A stretch of 64,000 nt of DNA from Moniliella sp. 'wahieum' (GCA_003971905.1 RSEE01000007.1:1054001-1118000); one strand, 5' to 3'; positions 47,234 to 63,365 are shown, counted from the stretch's first letter. The notes: generated by a model from the sequence alone, not told the origin. Numbers and translations: made by a program.

Positions 47234-49438
47234 CTATCTCCCGTTCCGTACGTTGGACGGGGCCAAGCCCGGGGCCAACTGGGGCGCAGCGAGATGGGGA
47301 GACCCCACGGCGGCACGATGAGACTGCGACGAGGAACGTTCGGGCGAAGGCACGAGACCCTGTTGCTCCAGCACGTCGTACACCCGTGCCAACCGGGTCG
47401 GGTCGAGCTTGAACATGGCCCGAACATCTTTGCGTTCTAATTTGCCGTCGCGCCGGCGCTGTTCGACGAGGATGGACCGCTTGACAGTCAGGTACGTGGC
47501 AGGTCGAATGCGTTGCTCCGAACAAAGCTTTTGCTCTACTTCCGATAAGAGACCCAAGTTGGGATCGGCACTCAAGTCCAACGGACGCGAAATCGTTCGG
47601 CCGCCCGGTTTGCGTATCGGACCGGATGTTGCCAGCGGGTCCACCGCCGTAGCCGAGGCGGTAAGAGAAACAGAGGACTCCCTACCACGTTGGGCGGGAG
47701 ATCCCTTACGGTTAGCTCCCGATCCGGTCGGACCTCCAGGGGAACCCATGGCGGCGACATGAGCCAAATGCGGAAGGGCAGCCAAGCCACCTTCAGCAAT
47801 TGCTGCCGCACGCTTCTCCCGCTCACTCAGCTCGTGTTCGTATTGTACGCCATCCGCCAACGACGTAATCCCGGCCCGACGCCACCGTTGCAGCTGCGCA
47901 GCTTGGCGGCGCAGCGCATCCTCGTAGCACAAGCCATTGTAAAAGTCTTCGAAATCCTGGCCAGTCTGCAATTGGGAGAAAGTGACGAATGCGATGGAGA
48001 AGGTCGCGTTCTTCCTTGGGCCGTCTCCGCTCGGCGGCCAAGTTGCGACGATAATCAATCAAGTTGCGCTCAAAAATGAACCGCTTGCGCCGCTCCCGTC
48101 GATCCAGCCGTTCGCCATACATGTCCAAAATCGTCAACTTGAGCAACAGATCCGCATCGTCCTCGTCCCAGTCTCCTGGTTTTTCTTCGTCCTCGCCGCC
48201 CGCTGAGGCGCTAGCTTCGGCAGCCGAGGGTGTCGCCACCGACTCGTCTCCGGCCAATTGGGGGACCGCCGACGCAGGTTGCGTTTCGACCTGCGTTTCA
48301 GCCTCAACTTGTTGTGTCTCGTCGCCCAACTCGTTCGCTTCAGGATCGGCCTCGCCATCGGGGCCAGGGAGGGTCTCTTCCATCTCCTGGTCCTCTGCCT
48401 CTCCATTCTCCTCAGGCTCGGGTGCTGTAGGTTGGGCAGAATCCTCCTCTGCCCATTGGGAACGGCGGAAGCATCGCCATCGGGAGCATCCTCCTCAGAG
48501 GTACCCTTGTTTCCCTTGGCAGCTCGTTCCCCGGCGTTGGTACGGGTCGCCGCATTGCCTCGTGCCGAGGGGGGCATACGCGCCTTGCCCTGCACGTTTG
48601 CTGCCCTTCTCCCAGCGCTTCGGAGACCGTCTTGATTTGGTCGCCGCCAAAGCGGTACACCCGACCAAATTCCATATCCTTGTTGAGGTTTTCCGCATCT
48701 TGTTCGTACTCGGTTTCAAACTCGAGACGCCCAGCCATAAAGCCTGCGATCTCGTGGTGAGAGGTAGGGGCAGAAACGAGGGGTTGGGGCCGACTTGAGT
48801 TGGGACGCATGTTGGCTAACGAGAACCTGTTGTGTCTTGCGCAGCGTATCGATCCGCGCGCGCTTGCGTCGCTGAAACTCATCGGCGAGACGGGCGGGAT
48901 GGAAGTGCATGTTGGGACCCATGATCGGCGGTTGTTCCCATGGCGCCTCGTCGGGGGGCAAGGGGCTGCTGCGCTGAGCCGCCCTCTGTCGAGTCAGACG
49001 TTCTTCCTCCTCTTGCGCCCGAATCTCGCCTTCGGGCGTACCATCTTGACCCTCAAGGTAGACCGAGACGTAGTGCCGCTCCACATCTTCGGCAGTGCGG
49101 TTTACCAATATGGTCGGCAATGTCGGCCCAGTTGCCCAGGCCAAAAATGCGACACCCATCAATCAACAACAACTCTTCGTCCGCGCCCCATTGGTCGGTA
49201 AAGATGGGGTAGGCATTGCGCTCAATCACGCGGTACGCGTGCCACGCCTTGTGCGACCCCACTTCGGCGCCGAGCAGAAACAGGTGCCGCACAGGTCAAA
49301 TTCGCTGCACCCACCAGCACACTGCACGCGCACAGTAAGTGTAATGTCCGCACCACACACGTCGCAGTGGTACTTGGTCCCGGGCTCATGGTCCGCCTGC
49401 TCAGTGGCAACCTTGCTCTTCCGGTGCGTGACCGTCAT
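47234..49438 (-). CDS. ADA2: SAGA/ADA transcriptional adaptor Ada2 (ZZ finger, SANT, SWIRM); several frameshifts
   Basis: [96 protein letters not shown], and [26 protein letters not shown]. Confidence 0.95.
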
Positions 49439-52400
49439 GGGCGGGGGGGGAGGGGGGGGAGCGCGTCGCAGTGGGTCGCGTGGCGGGGGAAGAGGCCGTG
49501 GTCGCCGTCGGGATGGAGGGGGGGGAGGGGAGGAGGTGGTGGGGCAGGGGCGAGGCAGGGGCGGGGCGGCGGTGGCGAGGCAGCAGGCGTGGCAGGCGGC
49601 AAGAAACGCGCTGCGCTCGGCTGGCTCGACTCGTCTCTCGCGCGAAGGCTGACGCCCAAGCGGAAGCTGAAGCAGCCCGAAGCCTGGAGCGGACAGCAGC
49701 GCACAGCCGCCGCCCGCTCACCGGTCGTCACCGCTCACCGCTCAGCCCAGGGAACGTGTTCCGCCCCGCGCCATTCCGCCCCTGGCTGGCGGGGAGGCAG
49801 TGAGCAGCGCAGGGCGTGACGGCAGCCGCCCAGCCGCCAGCCAGGTAGATAGTACGCGTGCATTCCAATCCGGCCTCGCTTACGCGCTTACTAGTTACTA
49901 GCTTTACTAGTTACTGGCCATCGGAGGCCACACCGGTCCTGATGATGTCGATGATGCACGAGGTGGCGCAGGACGAATGAACCATCTCGTCTGTGGCGGA
50001 TGCCATCGATGCAGATACACTTCCAATGGAGGCTCTGGTTACGTGAGCCCCGCCAGGGACGCGCATCATTGGACAAGGCATGGCCCTTCTCTCTTGCCTC
50101 TTGTGCGCCACAAGGGGTGCGATGGGCATTGGTAACGTTCCATTCTATATGTGCGTCGGCGCGGGGCCCACACGAGCAAACAAGCTCTTCCCGTGGTGAC
50201 CATCAAAAGGAGAATCAGCCACAGGAGGGAAAACGAATATTCGAGTGCTTACGCGGGCGCTTCCGTTCAGTTAATTGTTGTATAGATCCTTATGGGACCC
50301 GGCCACTGAGCTCTTCAAATTGTACGGCATCTTCACGTATAGCAGAGGCGGCTGCAATAACAGTGTGGCGCAAAGTTGCGTGTATGCACCGGCTTGGACG
50401 GTAGTAACGTGGCTGAAGCCTTCGGGGCTCAGCACCCAGGAAGGAGGAAGTGGCAGCGGGGCATCAACAGTACGAGCCTGAGAGCTGGAGCGAGAGCTGG
50501 GCTGGGACTGCGGGCGGCGTGGCTAGAACTAGGGGAGCCCATTGCACTCTGCGGTACTAGACCATTATAGCTTTCAGCGTGGCCCCACGAGTGCACACAC
50601 GAGTTGGGTGGATGAGAAGCTGAGAGCGAAAGACGGGAGCTGGTTGAGGAGCGGAGGAGCAGCTACAAAGAGGAGGAGAAGTTGCCTGAACTGAATCAAC
50701 TGGGGGGAAATGGGCAGGTGTAGGGACAGAACAGGCGAGGATGGACGAAGAAGGGGGAGGGGGTGGAGACGCCAATGGACCGTGGGGGGAAACCCACGAA
50801 CGATTGCTTGCTCACAGGGACAAAAACAAGGAACAACACAATAGAGGAAGAAGAACGGGGGACGGGGGTGTGAAAAAAAGGGGAAACGATTGTCGTGCGG
50901 GAATGTAGAAAGACAAGGTAAACGACACCCGGGGGCGCAACTATAAACAACTTGGTAACCTCGCTGTGGCTACCGACTTCCTTGACCAGAAGGCGACGAT
51001 TTCCGCACGGAAAAACGTGCGACTGGTGTTCTCGCGTTGGTGTTTACGCCGGGCCTCGCGAGCTCGGATCCGAACCGATCCTCACGCGCTTTACGGATGG
51101 GCACAAGTATCTCATTGGTAATCTTCTACTCCGAGGAGGAGACGGTATAACTGTTGGTCATCTTACCAACCTGGGGTCGGGGTTAGGAAAAGGCGAAGGG
51201 AGCGCATAGGCTCCGCCAGGATGATAGCCAGCCCATATTCGCCCGTGCTAGACATGTGACAACAGTCAGGCGCTGAGATAGCGGATCGAGTCGATGGGTA
51301 AGGCGCAACATGCAAAAAGACGCTGTATTAACTGACGGGTAAACCGACCTACAACGCGTGCATATCGGTGGAACGTGGACATGAAGACAGATCGGTGCTT
51401 ACTAGTTACTCTCACCGTCGGGGCTCAGGCGCTCAGGCGCTAAGGCGAGGGAGACCAGAATCGAAACTACTACCATGGCCAAGGGAAGTAGCAATCGTTC
51501 GGGGGGAAAAGCCACAGCAGAGAGGACATGGCGCGAAGCGGAAGAACAGGGACAGGGCGACACGCTGTCAGCACAAAGATTCTGGTAAGGGGGGCGAGAT
51601 GAGCCGACTATGGTCATCCTTACGAGCTACTACTTACTAGTCACGAGTGCAGCTAGCATGTGGCATGTGGCAGGCCATACATCATGTGCCTGTCACGCAT
51701 CATGCATGCCATGTGACATGTGAGCGCGAAGGAGTGGCCCGTCGGCTGAGCTTCTCGGCCTCGCTGCACCACGCGGGTATCACCCATCCTGTATCATGCA
51801 CCAGCCATCCATGTCTCGCCCGACGCGAGGAGCTCGCGCGCCGATCGTCACGCGTCAGGTCTGTGACCTGTGACATGTGACATGCTTCGTTGAACACCCT
51901 GAGGCTGAGCCGCCAACAAAAGTGCCTCTGGCTTCCGCACGCTCCAGATTCCACTTCCACAGCGCAGCAGATGACGCCCACCCTGGCCCAGCACCGAAGG
52001 GGCCGCCATCGGGTGCGATGCGACCGCACCAGGGCACCCAATCCATTTGGCAACGCGTCCGCACGTCAACGTTCAACATCCGATGGACTGTCCCATGTCC
52101 CATGTCACATGTCGCATCATGCATCATGCATCAGCATCAGCCGCGAGGCTCCGATGGAGGCCGCATGGGTGTTGAGCTCAAGGTTGCGCGTTGCGCTCAG
52201 CGGCTCAGCCCCGAGGGCTATGTTTCGGCGCAGAGGAACTGAGTACTGAGCCTGAGCGGTATAACCGGGACCAGGTCGTATAGAGTGGAGTTGGGCCGGC
52301 GTTCAACGTTTTCTCAGATCTCACCCGAAACCCTCACACAAAACCCTCAGGCCTCACTCAAAACCCCGTGGGCCATCGGCATTACCGCGCGGCGCGCGCG

Positions 52401-54152
52401 CAATAACCTTGCGCAACACGGTAGGCAATAGCTCCATGGAGCCAATCAAGCAGCCCAAGCAAGCCCCAAAACCAGAAGAGGGTTAATTATTACTTCTCAC
52501 CATTACATGAATTACATGGTACTTTTGTGTTACTCTAGGTGTCAACAGGTCAGCGTGTCAACGCTCAGCTTGTGTGGCGGCCTTTTCCGTTGACGCGTTC
52601 GGCTGAGTACCAGCTAATTCATGTTCAGGCGCTCAGGTCCTGAGCCTGAGGCCTGGAGGCCTGATGCATGATGCATGATGATTCATTGCTGGAGGCCGGA
52701 GGCTTTTTAAGCAAGGGCGCCTATACCCGACGCGCTGACGACCAGTACCTACGCGATGCCTGCTAATGTTGAATTTGGTTGGCTCAGTGCACGGTGATTT
52801 TGTTCGAGGGTGACCGGTTACTAGGGTTACTGACTAGTGACCGGGAAGACGATGTGTCGAAATGAACACCAACGGGGAGCCAGCGGGTTCTTCAATAACG
52901 TTCTCAAAACGTGCGGTTGAAAAGCACATCCAACCTGGTCCAGGTACTCGACGTACTCAACCGCTTCTTCTCTGTTTCAATGTTCAAGCTCTGGCGATGT
53001 GTGCCAGGCTCCATGGGATGGGCGGATAGGACTAGTTACTAGTTACTGGTACTGCATGGTGATCGACAGCCTCATCGATGATCGATGGTGTCGTTGGTGG
53101 AAGAGACTATAGGCCAGACAAGGCCCAGGCCCTAGGTCGCACCTAACATGCATGACACTGCTGGCGTGCCCAGGTGCTCGACGGGGACGGGGACGGGGAC
53201 GGGGTGAAATGTGCATTTAAAGCATTGCATGTGCATGCCGCATGCCGCATTCTTGCGCTGTATTAGGCGGGATCGGATCGAGCACTCCATCCCTGCCGCG
53301 CAGCGCAGACGGTCTTGTGTGGGCTGGCGGCTGGCGTGTGACATGGGATGTGACATGTGACACGCTCATTATGCAGGAGGTGCTTTGCCAGTGCTTCACC
53401 CGGTTGCATGCAGACGTCACACCAAGTCATGTGATGGATGGGGCACCGCAGGTCCCTCAAACCCAGCAGACGCCGACCGCAGAATGTACCACAGTGGCCG
53501 CATGCATCTGTCCCTGTCATGATGAGCAAACCGACCCCGTGCTGGATGCGCGGATGCCGTACGGGGGCACTGTCTCAGGCCGCGTTGCCGCTGCCTTGCC
53601 GTCGCGTGCCGCAGTCGGCCGCAGCAGCCCGGCAAGGCTCGACAGTACGGCGGCCACCAATGCCAAATGGATGGGGCTTGGCTCGCGCGGTGGCCTGCCC
53701 TGCCTGCCCCTGCCTTCGTTGCCGCGCACGCTTCTTGGCCAGGCACGCGTGACGCGTGACATGCGGCGCATGCGACATGTGACAGCCTGGGCGCACCATG
53801 CATCACATGCATGTCACACCCACGCCTGCAGGCGCGGGCAGCATGACTGTCGCGCCGTAGGAGTATTGCGCCCGACAGCTGCCACGCACGGGTCCTTCCT
53901 GTCCAGGGAAGCGAAGAGTTTGGGGCCTGGGCCTGAGGGCAGGGCCCACAACCACACACCACACTCGCCCCGCGCCGCTGCTTGCGCATGTGCGCCAGCC
54001 CAGGTCATGGCCGCAGCCCCCGTATTCGATGCCCTTCGTAGACGCCCAGTACGGAAAACATTATCCCCCCCCCAGTCCGCAGCACTTCCCCACCCCTTTG
54101 TTTCCGCCTCCCACCACCGTTAGCGTTTCGCCCCGCCTGCCCGTCCGCCACG

Positions 54153-55481
54153 ATGCTCGTCACTGGCTCTGCTCTTGTTGCCACCCTCGCTGTCGCCGGC
54201 ACCGCCTCGGCCCGGGGGCTTGCCTACCGCCCCAACAACCCGGCCGCCACCCCCGTCTTCAAGCGGCCGCCTCGTCGTCGTCGTCGGTCAGTATTGTGAC
54301 GACCATGCCTCTTCCCAGCAGCGCCACCACTTCTACCAGCGCCGGCATCTGGTCCACCCGCCCCCAGCCCTTCTCCTACGGCACCCCCAGCCACACCTAC
54401 TGGGGCGTCCAGGGTCGCGGCAAGAATGGCCCAACCAACCCCACCGCGCCTTCGCTCAACACGCCTGTCAACCAGTCCTCCGACGCCCGTCTCGCTACCC
54501 TCAATGGCGTCGATGACTGGTGCACCTTTGGTCCTGAACCTCTCAACAACACTCAGACCATGGGCTACCTGGAGGCCACCACGGTTGCCTACTGCACCAA
54601 GCCTCGCAACAATGCCCGTGTGATTGTAGGTCCTTCCCCCCTGCTTCTGTCTAAGCTTTTAATTGGCTGACTTTTCCTCCTCGTTAGCCCGACGGCACTG
54701 TGACGGCGGTTCAATTCGTCAAGACGCCCCTGTACATCCAACTCTACGCGTTGGGCGACTTTACCAAGATCAACATGGCTCCTGGCGATATGGGCGGTGA
54801 GCTTGACCCCCACGGTGCGACCAACATGGGCAACCCCGTGGGCGGGAATGTGACGTCCAACGTGGTCGACGGCAAGACGGACGTGTTCTACGAAGAGTGG
54901 ATGAACTACATTTCCGTCTCGGAATTGTGCTTCCGCGTGTGCATTGCCGGGTCGGAGCAGGCAACGCCGGCGGTCGAGTGCCAGCACACGCTGGACGAAA
55001 TGGGATGCTCCTTTGTCATGGCCCAGAAGGCCATTACCAACGGTACCTTTGAGTCGTGCGAGGCTGACTCGGCGTACCCGCCTGGCCTGTACCCTCAACC
55101 CGACGGATCCACCTCGACGTTCCAACAGTACTTCTCTGGCGTCTACACTGTCGGTGCGACCGCCTACTCGTTCCAAATGCCCAGTCGGATCAGGTGACAC
55201 CCTCGGCGCCCTACTCCTACCCTACCCTACCCTAGCTCCTGCACGGCCGTTGCGACCATCAGCAACAGGCTCAAGGGCATCGACTACGTCGCTCCCCCTG
55301 CTACTTCGACCAGCTCCTCGGCCGCAGCAAAGGGCAGCTCGACGGGTTCGAAATCGGCTAGTAGCGTCGCTCCGCCGTCCAGTTCCCAGAGCTCCCACTC
55401 CCCGGCGGCCGGAACCAAGTCGTTCCTCTTCCCTGGCTTGGCCTTCTCGGCTGCCTGTTGGCTGGCGCAGCACTGCTGTAA
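54153..55481 (+). CDS. Secreted, probably GPI-anchored glycoprotein of the MP88 / macrophage-activating glycoprotein family; intron 54626-54687
   Basis: Signal peptide MLVTGSALVATLAVAGTASA; NGVDDWCTFGP, VAYCTKPRNNARVI|PDGTVTAVQFVKTP, GDMGGELDPHGATNMGNPVGG, YEEWMNYIS..CFRVC, CQHTLDEMGC, GTFESCEAD; S/T-rich tail and a hydrophobic C-terminus (..CLLAGAALL-stop). Confidence 0.85.
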
Positions 55482-56950
55482 TCAACCTTCCCCTCCCCTC
55501 CCCATGGTCTTTTCTCCTTTACAACCGAGCCACCTAGTGCCTCTGATACCGTTCGTCCTTCTTTCTCCTCTCCCCCCAGTGCTCCTGCTGTTCTCATCCA
55601 TGATCGATTATCCATTATTCACTATCCATTATCCGCTGTTCCATTCGTCTTTTATCCAACAGGATTCCTCCTAGTTTCGGATTGACTTGTTGTGTATGGC
55701 GCTGTCTCCTTTTCTTTTGTTTCCCTTTCCCCTTCACCTCGAACAATTTCCACCATGGGTCCGCCCTTGCTTCCCGTACCTGGCCACCGGACATGTATCC
55801 TGCATGTGCGTGTTTTGGATCTGCAGGTGTTGCCATTGTTGGTACACGTAATATGCAGGCGGAGACAGCGTGTACGATTCGTATAGGGCGAGGGACCATC
55901 GCCACGGCAGAGGGAGGATACAGAAGCTACAGTTCAAGGAGGTGAAGCTTGAAACTGCTTCCCTATGATTCTGCGCCAATCGCTCAATTAATGAACCTCT
56001 GCCTCATTTAATGTGTCTACACAGTGGTTACCGGCCACTCTGAGATAGGGCCCAATATAGTAGAGAGCACAAACTAGGACATAGGTCTCATGTTAGAGTC
56101 GCGCCCAGCTCTTCCTTTTTCCAGTCCAACTGCCATCACTAGACTGGACAGGTAACGGGTAAGGGGTAACAAGAGCGATAAACGTCATAATCACCTGCAT
56201 GCGAAGACCACTCTGGGTGTGCATACTGCGAAACACTGATGGTTTCCGTCCGATTAATATCCCTCGTCCGTCGCGACTAACAGAGCGGCAGTTTCAATGT
56301 AACTACACTCCACCAACCGCGTTACCTTGGGATGCTGCCACACAAGTCAATCCGTCTTTGAGGACGAAAGCGCGGATCTCCTCATATTGTCTTCCGATGC
56401 AAAGGCAACTGTATGGCATTAACCTCCATTTCGTCTGGCCCTCCGACAGAGAGAGACGAAAAAGTCGAGGGATCAGAGGAGCGAATACAACGATGGCGAC
56501 TGCTCCGCACAAGGGTCTCCCGTCAGCGCTCAGCCTGGAATACTACCCTTTGAGTCCTGGCATTCCCACACAGTGGGAGGCCGGGCTGGTATGCGTATTA
56601 GCAGTGCTAGACGAGATACTTGGTCGGCGTGCATCAAACTACGCATAGCAGGACACGCAGTTCCACACTGCTCCCATGCCACATTGACAGATCAGTGACC
56701 GGTGACCACTGATCACCGGTCACGTCTTACCCGAATCCCCGATGGCTGCTTCCGCTTCCCCTGGGCCCTACTGCCCCTGCCCAATCCGCCTGCAGCACTC
56801 TGGCAGGCGAAAATATAGCTGACATAAGCAGCTCGACGGCCCGCCGTGTTCGCCGTCACCGCAACGGCAAGGCGGGTGTCGCCACCGCTACCCATTGCCC
56901 ATCGCCCTCATCGCCCATCGCCCATCGCTGCGGCGAGCTGAGAGCTGGCC

Positions 56951-58576
<1,626 letters not shown>

Positions 58577-59369
58577 GATGGTCGACGGTCGATGGTCGAT
58601 GATGCGCCCTCGCACGCGACCGAGGCGCTTGCGCGACCGGAACGCGTCATTGAGTCACTCCTGTAATCCTATTCTTTTGTACATCCTCCCTGCGTCTGTA
58701 CCGACTCGTTCCCCTCTATCCATCCCCCCCCTGTGCACCGTGACAGTAACGTGGGGCAGACCAGGGGGCTTTGTTGCTGTCGTGGAATCATCGATCAGTC
58801 GATCAGTATTCAATGGTTCTACCCGACAGTGGTCCGAGGGGGCTCTTGACAGGTAGCGTGTGCCGGGTACTAGAGTCGTGAGATCTGAGAGCACTGAAAG
58901 GGCCTGTGTGCTCGTGGTCACGATTCAGGACCGAGGACTGGGCCCCAGAGACGGGCGAAGTAAGCGGGGGGCCGTATAGGCCTAAGGCTAAGGCCTGCCA
59001 GCTGAAAGTTCAAAGTGCTCTCCTCGTCCGCGGACAGCGGGCGTGCCGTCTGCCCCCGGCAGCTCCAGTGACTAGGACTAGTGACGAGTGACGAGTAAAC
59101 TATTAGTGACTACTGACTGAGGCTTGAGGCGTGAAGCTTGCCTGGATGCTCCAGCCCCGCCCCCACCACCAATGTGCGCGCCGCCAAGCAGCCGGCGATG
59201 GCCTGCCTCGCCCCCGCCTCCCCACACCCGCCGCGCACTCCGCCTTTCCTCCGCGCCCTCCCGCACGCCGCCCCTCCCTCCGCTTGCCGCCGCCCTCCCA
59301 CCCCCAGCGCCTGCCTCCCTCGCTGCTGCCCTCCCTCCCGCCGCCTCCCCTCCCCCCCGCCCCCCCCGC

Positions 59370-61938
59370 ATGCCCCTGCCGCGGCATCCAAACGCACACT
59401 AGGCAAGCGCCGCCGCTCCAAGCGCGACGTGTCGGGTCCCAGCGCCTCCCCTCCCGCTCCTGGCACCCGAGGCCTGGCTCCACCCGAATCATCCGGCGGA
59501 GACGACAAGTCTCCCGGCCCCACTGGTGGCCCGTTGCGGCTCCTCGCCTGTAGCAATTGCCGTCGACGAAAGCTCAAGTGCGACAAGAAAACCCCGTGTG
59601 GGGCTTGTGTCAGCCGGAATGAAGCGCGGGAATGTGCGCTGGAAGAAGGCATGATTTTGCCGTATGTATTCCCCTTGGAACTTGCCCTTGCCCTCACCCT
59701 CCATGGCCCCTTCGTTTGTTCCGTCTTCGCGACGGTGTGGAACGGCGTGCTGATCCTTCTGTGGCGTGATTACAGTCCCTCCACGGAGCCTTCGCAAGAC
59801 TCCCTCCAAGATCGACTAGAGAAACTCGAGTCCCTTTTGCTCAAGATCACAGACAAGGTGATGCATCAAGCGGATCCCTCGTCCTCCCGGCCGACTGGAG
59901 CTCAACGTTCATCTAGGTCTGCCCCTGCGGAACAATCCCAGTGGGTAGGAGACGGAAACGGAAACACACAGGAACAATACGGCCCCCGGCGAGGAAACTA
60001 GCGCCCAAGGCGCAGGCTTTGATCACCCTTATGCGTCCGATTCTAGCCCTGCTGCGTCCACCCAGGCCCGATCCAAGATTCTTGTGAAGCTCTCGATCTC
60101 TACCCAGATGCGGAAGCTGTGCGAACGTGTTGCTCTGTTTATGTACGTTTTCCCCCCACCATCCTGCACTTTCTCGATGAGCGTTGAATGTTGAACTCTG
60201 ACGGTGAATTTCTTCGTATGTAGTTCAAGGAAGCCGATGCCATGCTCCCCGTCGTCAATGAGACCAAGTTCTGGCGCCAGTTCTCGAAGCATGAGGCGTT
60301 CATTCGCCGTTGCCGCAACCACGAAGTGGTGTGGAGCGAAGAGATCCGAGCCGAGACGACCTTTTTTGCATTGGTCTTGGCTGTGGTGGTGGTGGGACTG
60401 GTGCACTCGTTGGATGTACAACTTTACCGCAAGTTTCGAGAGCGGTACGAGACGCCAGTGCCGATTTTTGTCCATATGACTTTTCGCCTCTTGTTTGTGT
60501 TGGACCATAATGAGCGGCCGACGCTGGACAGTATCCGCGTTGGCTTGGTCACACACCAAATCTTGCTCCAGTCCCGTACCTCTTGGGCCCCCAACATCTT
60601 CTCTGCCATTATGGCCCAGGATGCATTTTTGATCAGCCTACAGGCCGATCCACCACAGGGCTGTCCCAACGACGTGGCCCTGGATCGGATCAGCCTCTGG
60701 GCCAACATTGCTTTGCTGGAATGGTTTAGTTCCATCAAGATGGGCCGTGCCTCGATCATCAACTGCGACGGCTTGATGGCCACGCCTTCGTTCCTCTATT
60801 CTCAAAGCAGCTGGGACCAAGCCAGCATGGATGGGCCCTGGTCTTATTTGCACAAGTACCGTTTCGAGCTGGGCCGGATCGCCATGGCCTCATGCGCCGC
60901 GATGCGATGGGGGAGGAAGAGTCGTTTGAGTACACCCTCACCCTCCAAGCGCGGCTGGACAACTTATTTGAGGTGATGCCTTTGCGGCTCAAGGAGGCGC
61001 TCGAAGACCCTTTCAACGAAGGGCGTCGCTTGGTCTCGGTACTAATCATTGCGCGTTCCATGCACGCATGGCTCGAGATGTTTTTACACGAACGTCACTA
61101 TTGCCGCGGCTGGACCGATCCCAAGTTCAGTATCTCGCGCCAGACGTTTTCCCAAGCTGCCTTGTTCTTTATTTCGACGTTTCTCGAGTACTGGAACGAC
61201 ATGGCGCGTCGGCACCAGCTCAGCCCGGCTAGCTTGCACTCCGATACCTGGCCTGACATTGCCCCTGGCCTCTTATTCCGGCTCTCCCCGCTCGCCCGAA
61301 CCGCATTTACGCTCATGGACCAGGTAGAACGGCACATGGGCCTCGCGCGTGCTTATCCGCACATGGTATCTGACCAAGAACGTGCCGAACACCCTAAACT
61401 TCTCCACTTGACCAACCAGATGAACCAGTTGCGACAACAGTTCCCTCCCCTCTTCTCCTTTGCTGATAAGGACGATTCCGACACCATTGTTCCCATTATC
61501 CCTCGCATTGCTTCTTTGCCCACTGTGCAACTGGCTAACGACCCAGGCAGAGATAACGCCTCCCCTCACCCAATACAGTCTGTTGATCCGTCTGTCAGCA
61601 CCACCCTGTTCCCCGGCGCGCCTAGCGCTAGCATCAGTGCGGCTGGTGCGCCAGCTGGTGCGCCGGCTGGGCCGACTGGTACGACGACAAGTGCGACTAG
61701 TACGCCGGCTGCTGCGACGACAAGTGCGACAAGTGCGACTAGTGCGACGGCTGGTGCAACGACAAGTGCGACTCATGCGACGGCTGGTGCAGCGCCTATC
61801 ACTCCACTGGACTTGGAGACGTTGTTGCAAGTGCCAGTGCTGCAGCCCATGTTTGGCAATGGCGGTCCGTACGACGATAACACTCGGTTGTCCATGTCGT
61901 TTGAAGATTTGCTGCTTGCCTTTAATCCGATCATCTGA
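59370..61938 (+). CDS. Zn(II)2Cys6 (Gal4-type) transcription factor with a fungal-specific TF domain; introns about 59662-59775 and 60143-60223
   Basis: ACSNCRRRKLKCDKKTPCGACVSRNEAREC followed by a coiled coil (LQDRLEKLESLL), a helical middle region (RISLWANIALLEWFSSIKMGR) and an acidic tail. Confidence 0.9.
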
Positions 61939-62479
61939 CCTTGGCCCACTGGGGTCCCAGAGTCCACTTCCAAGTCGCCTCACACGCCTGTCGTGCAGAT
62001 GGGGATGGGGATGGGTCGGAGTCCTCTTTGTTCCTAGTTTGTCATGTTGGGTCTCGCAGTTTTTTTGTTGCGGAAGCGCCGTATCCAATCCACTTCTCCT
62101 TCACGATCGAAACGTTCCATTGAGCAGCGCAGGTCTTATCTGGGAGAATAGTAAAAGGGCCAGCAGGCTGTACGGTTGCGTGAGAAAGAGGAAGGGAGGG
62201 GGAGAGCATTCTGTATAAGCGTTCTGGACCTATTTTGGTTGGGTTGGTCGGGGGGAGGAGATAGTGCACAGCTACCTTGTTTCGTCTTTGTGTAGACGAG
62301 AGAGTGGAGAAGCGGGTATATTGGTACACTGAATACAGGTTGTGTAGGGGGCCGCAGAGATCTGGAAGGATGCTTGGTTGTAGAAAGGGCAAATAAGAGA
62401 GGGTTGCCAGAGAGGTAGTGTGCGCACAAAGTGTGATGCGTATTATATAGGGGGGGTTGGGCATCAGTAGTTGAACCCT

Positions 62480-63365
62480 TCACGTAAGTGCGAAGGGCGG
62501 GTCATCATGCTCAAAGGGGGGCAACCCCACAGAATTGCATGGACCGGGATCCAAAGGTAGAAGAGGAAGGGCATCCGTGAACAACGGTTCAGTGGGAGGG
62601 AAGGTAGAGGGCGGGGAAGTGGCCAAGGAAAAAGGAGGCGAAGAGGTAGGAAACTGATACGAAGGCAGTGGGTTCGGCGGACTCAACTGATTCTGCGCCA
62701 TGACGAGGGTGAGGGAATGGTGCAGTTGGTGAATAACGCGCCACAATTGGGTACGTTCCGATTGAGCGGCTGTCACTGCGTGCTGCAGTGCGCTCAGTTG
62801 TGATTCTAGGTGCGCATACGAGGCGTGGTGCGCGTCAGTCTGCACCGCGGCACGCGTCGCCTCCCACCGTACTGTTTCCGAGTCGAGGGTACGACGACGG
62901 ATGATGGTATCCAACAAGTCGGTCCTTCCCCGACGAAAGTGCGGGTGACTGAATTCCCACAGTTGGGGCTGCCAGCAGCTTTGGAGGAACGAAGGGGCTT
63001 GTTCATCTTGTAAAACCCGTACCTGCACAGCACATTGGTCAGCACCATTGCTTCTTCCATCACTGTCTATCCTTTCCAAACCACACCTCCAAACCACCAC
63101 AGGAAGAGGGGGGACGCGTACATATTGAGCTGGCGGACAAAGGAGCTGAAGTTGTGTGGTTGAAGTGTTGGCCAAGCACGTTGGTCGTAAATGCTTCCAC
63201 GTCGGAAATGATGACACTGGTCCCACTGGCGTTCCAAGCCAGGTGGCCAGCCGGGTCAGCCTCAGCGTCCTGGACCATCTTGTACAGTTTGTACACAAAC
63301 CTCGACTTGCGATCCTTTTCCCGGTAATCCATCAAGCCCTCTGGGACTGCTTGGGACAGAGGCAT
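62480..63365 (-). CDS. HSF-type DNA-binding domain transcription factor; intron 63023-63121
   Basis: SRFVYKLYKMV..HLAWNASGTSVIISDVEAFTTNVLGQHFNH.NFSSFVRQLNM|YGFYKMNK..WEFSHPHFRRGRTDLLDTIIRR, followed by a coiled coil. An upstream in-frame ATG at 63767 is possible. Confidence 0.9.

Noticed and set aside
50950..51230. Possible structured ncRNA (small hairpins such as GCACG-GAAAAA-CGTGC)
   Set aside because: No snRNA, RNase P/MRP, SRP or telomerase-template signature recognised; an Infernal search would be needed.
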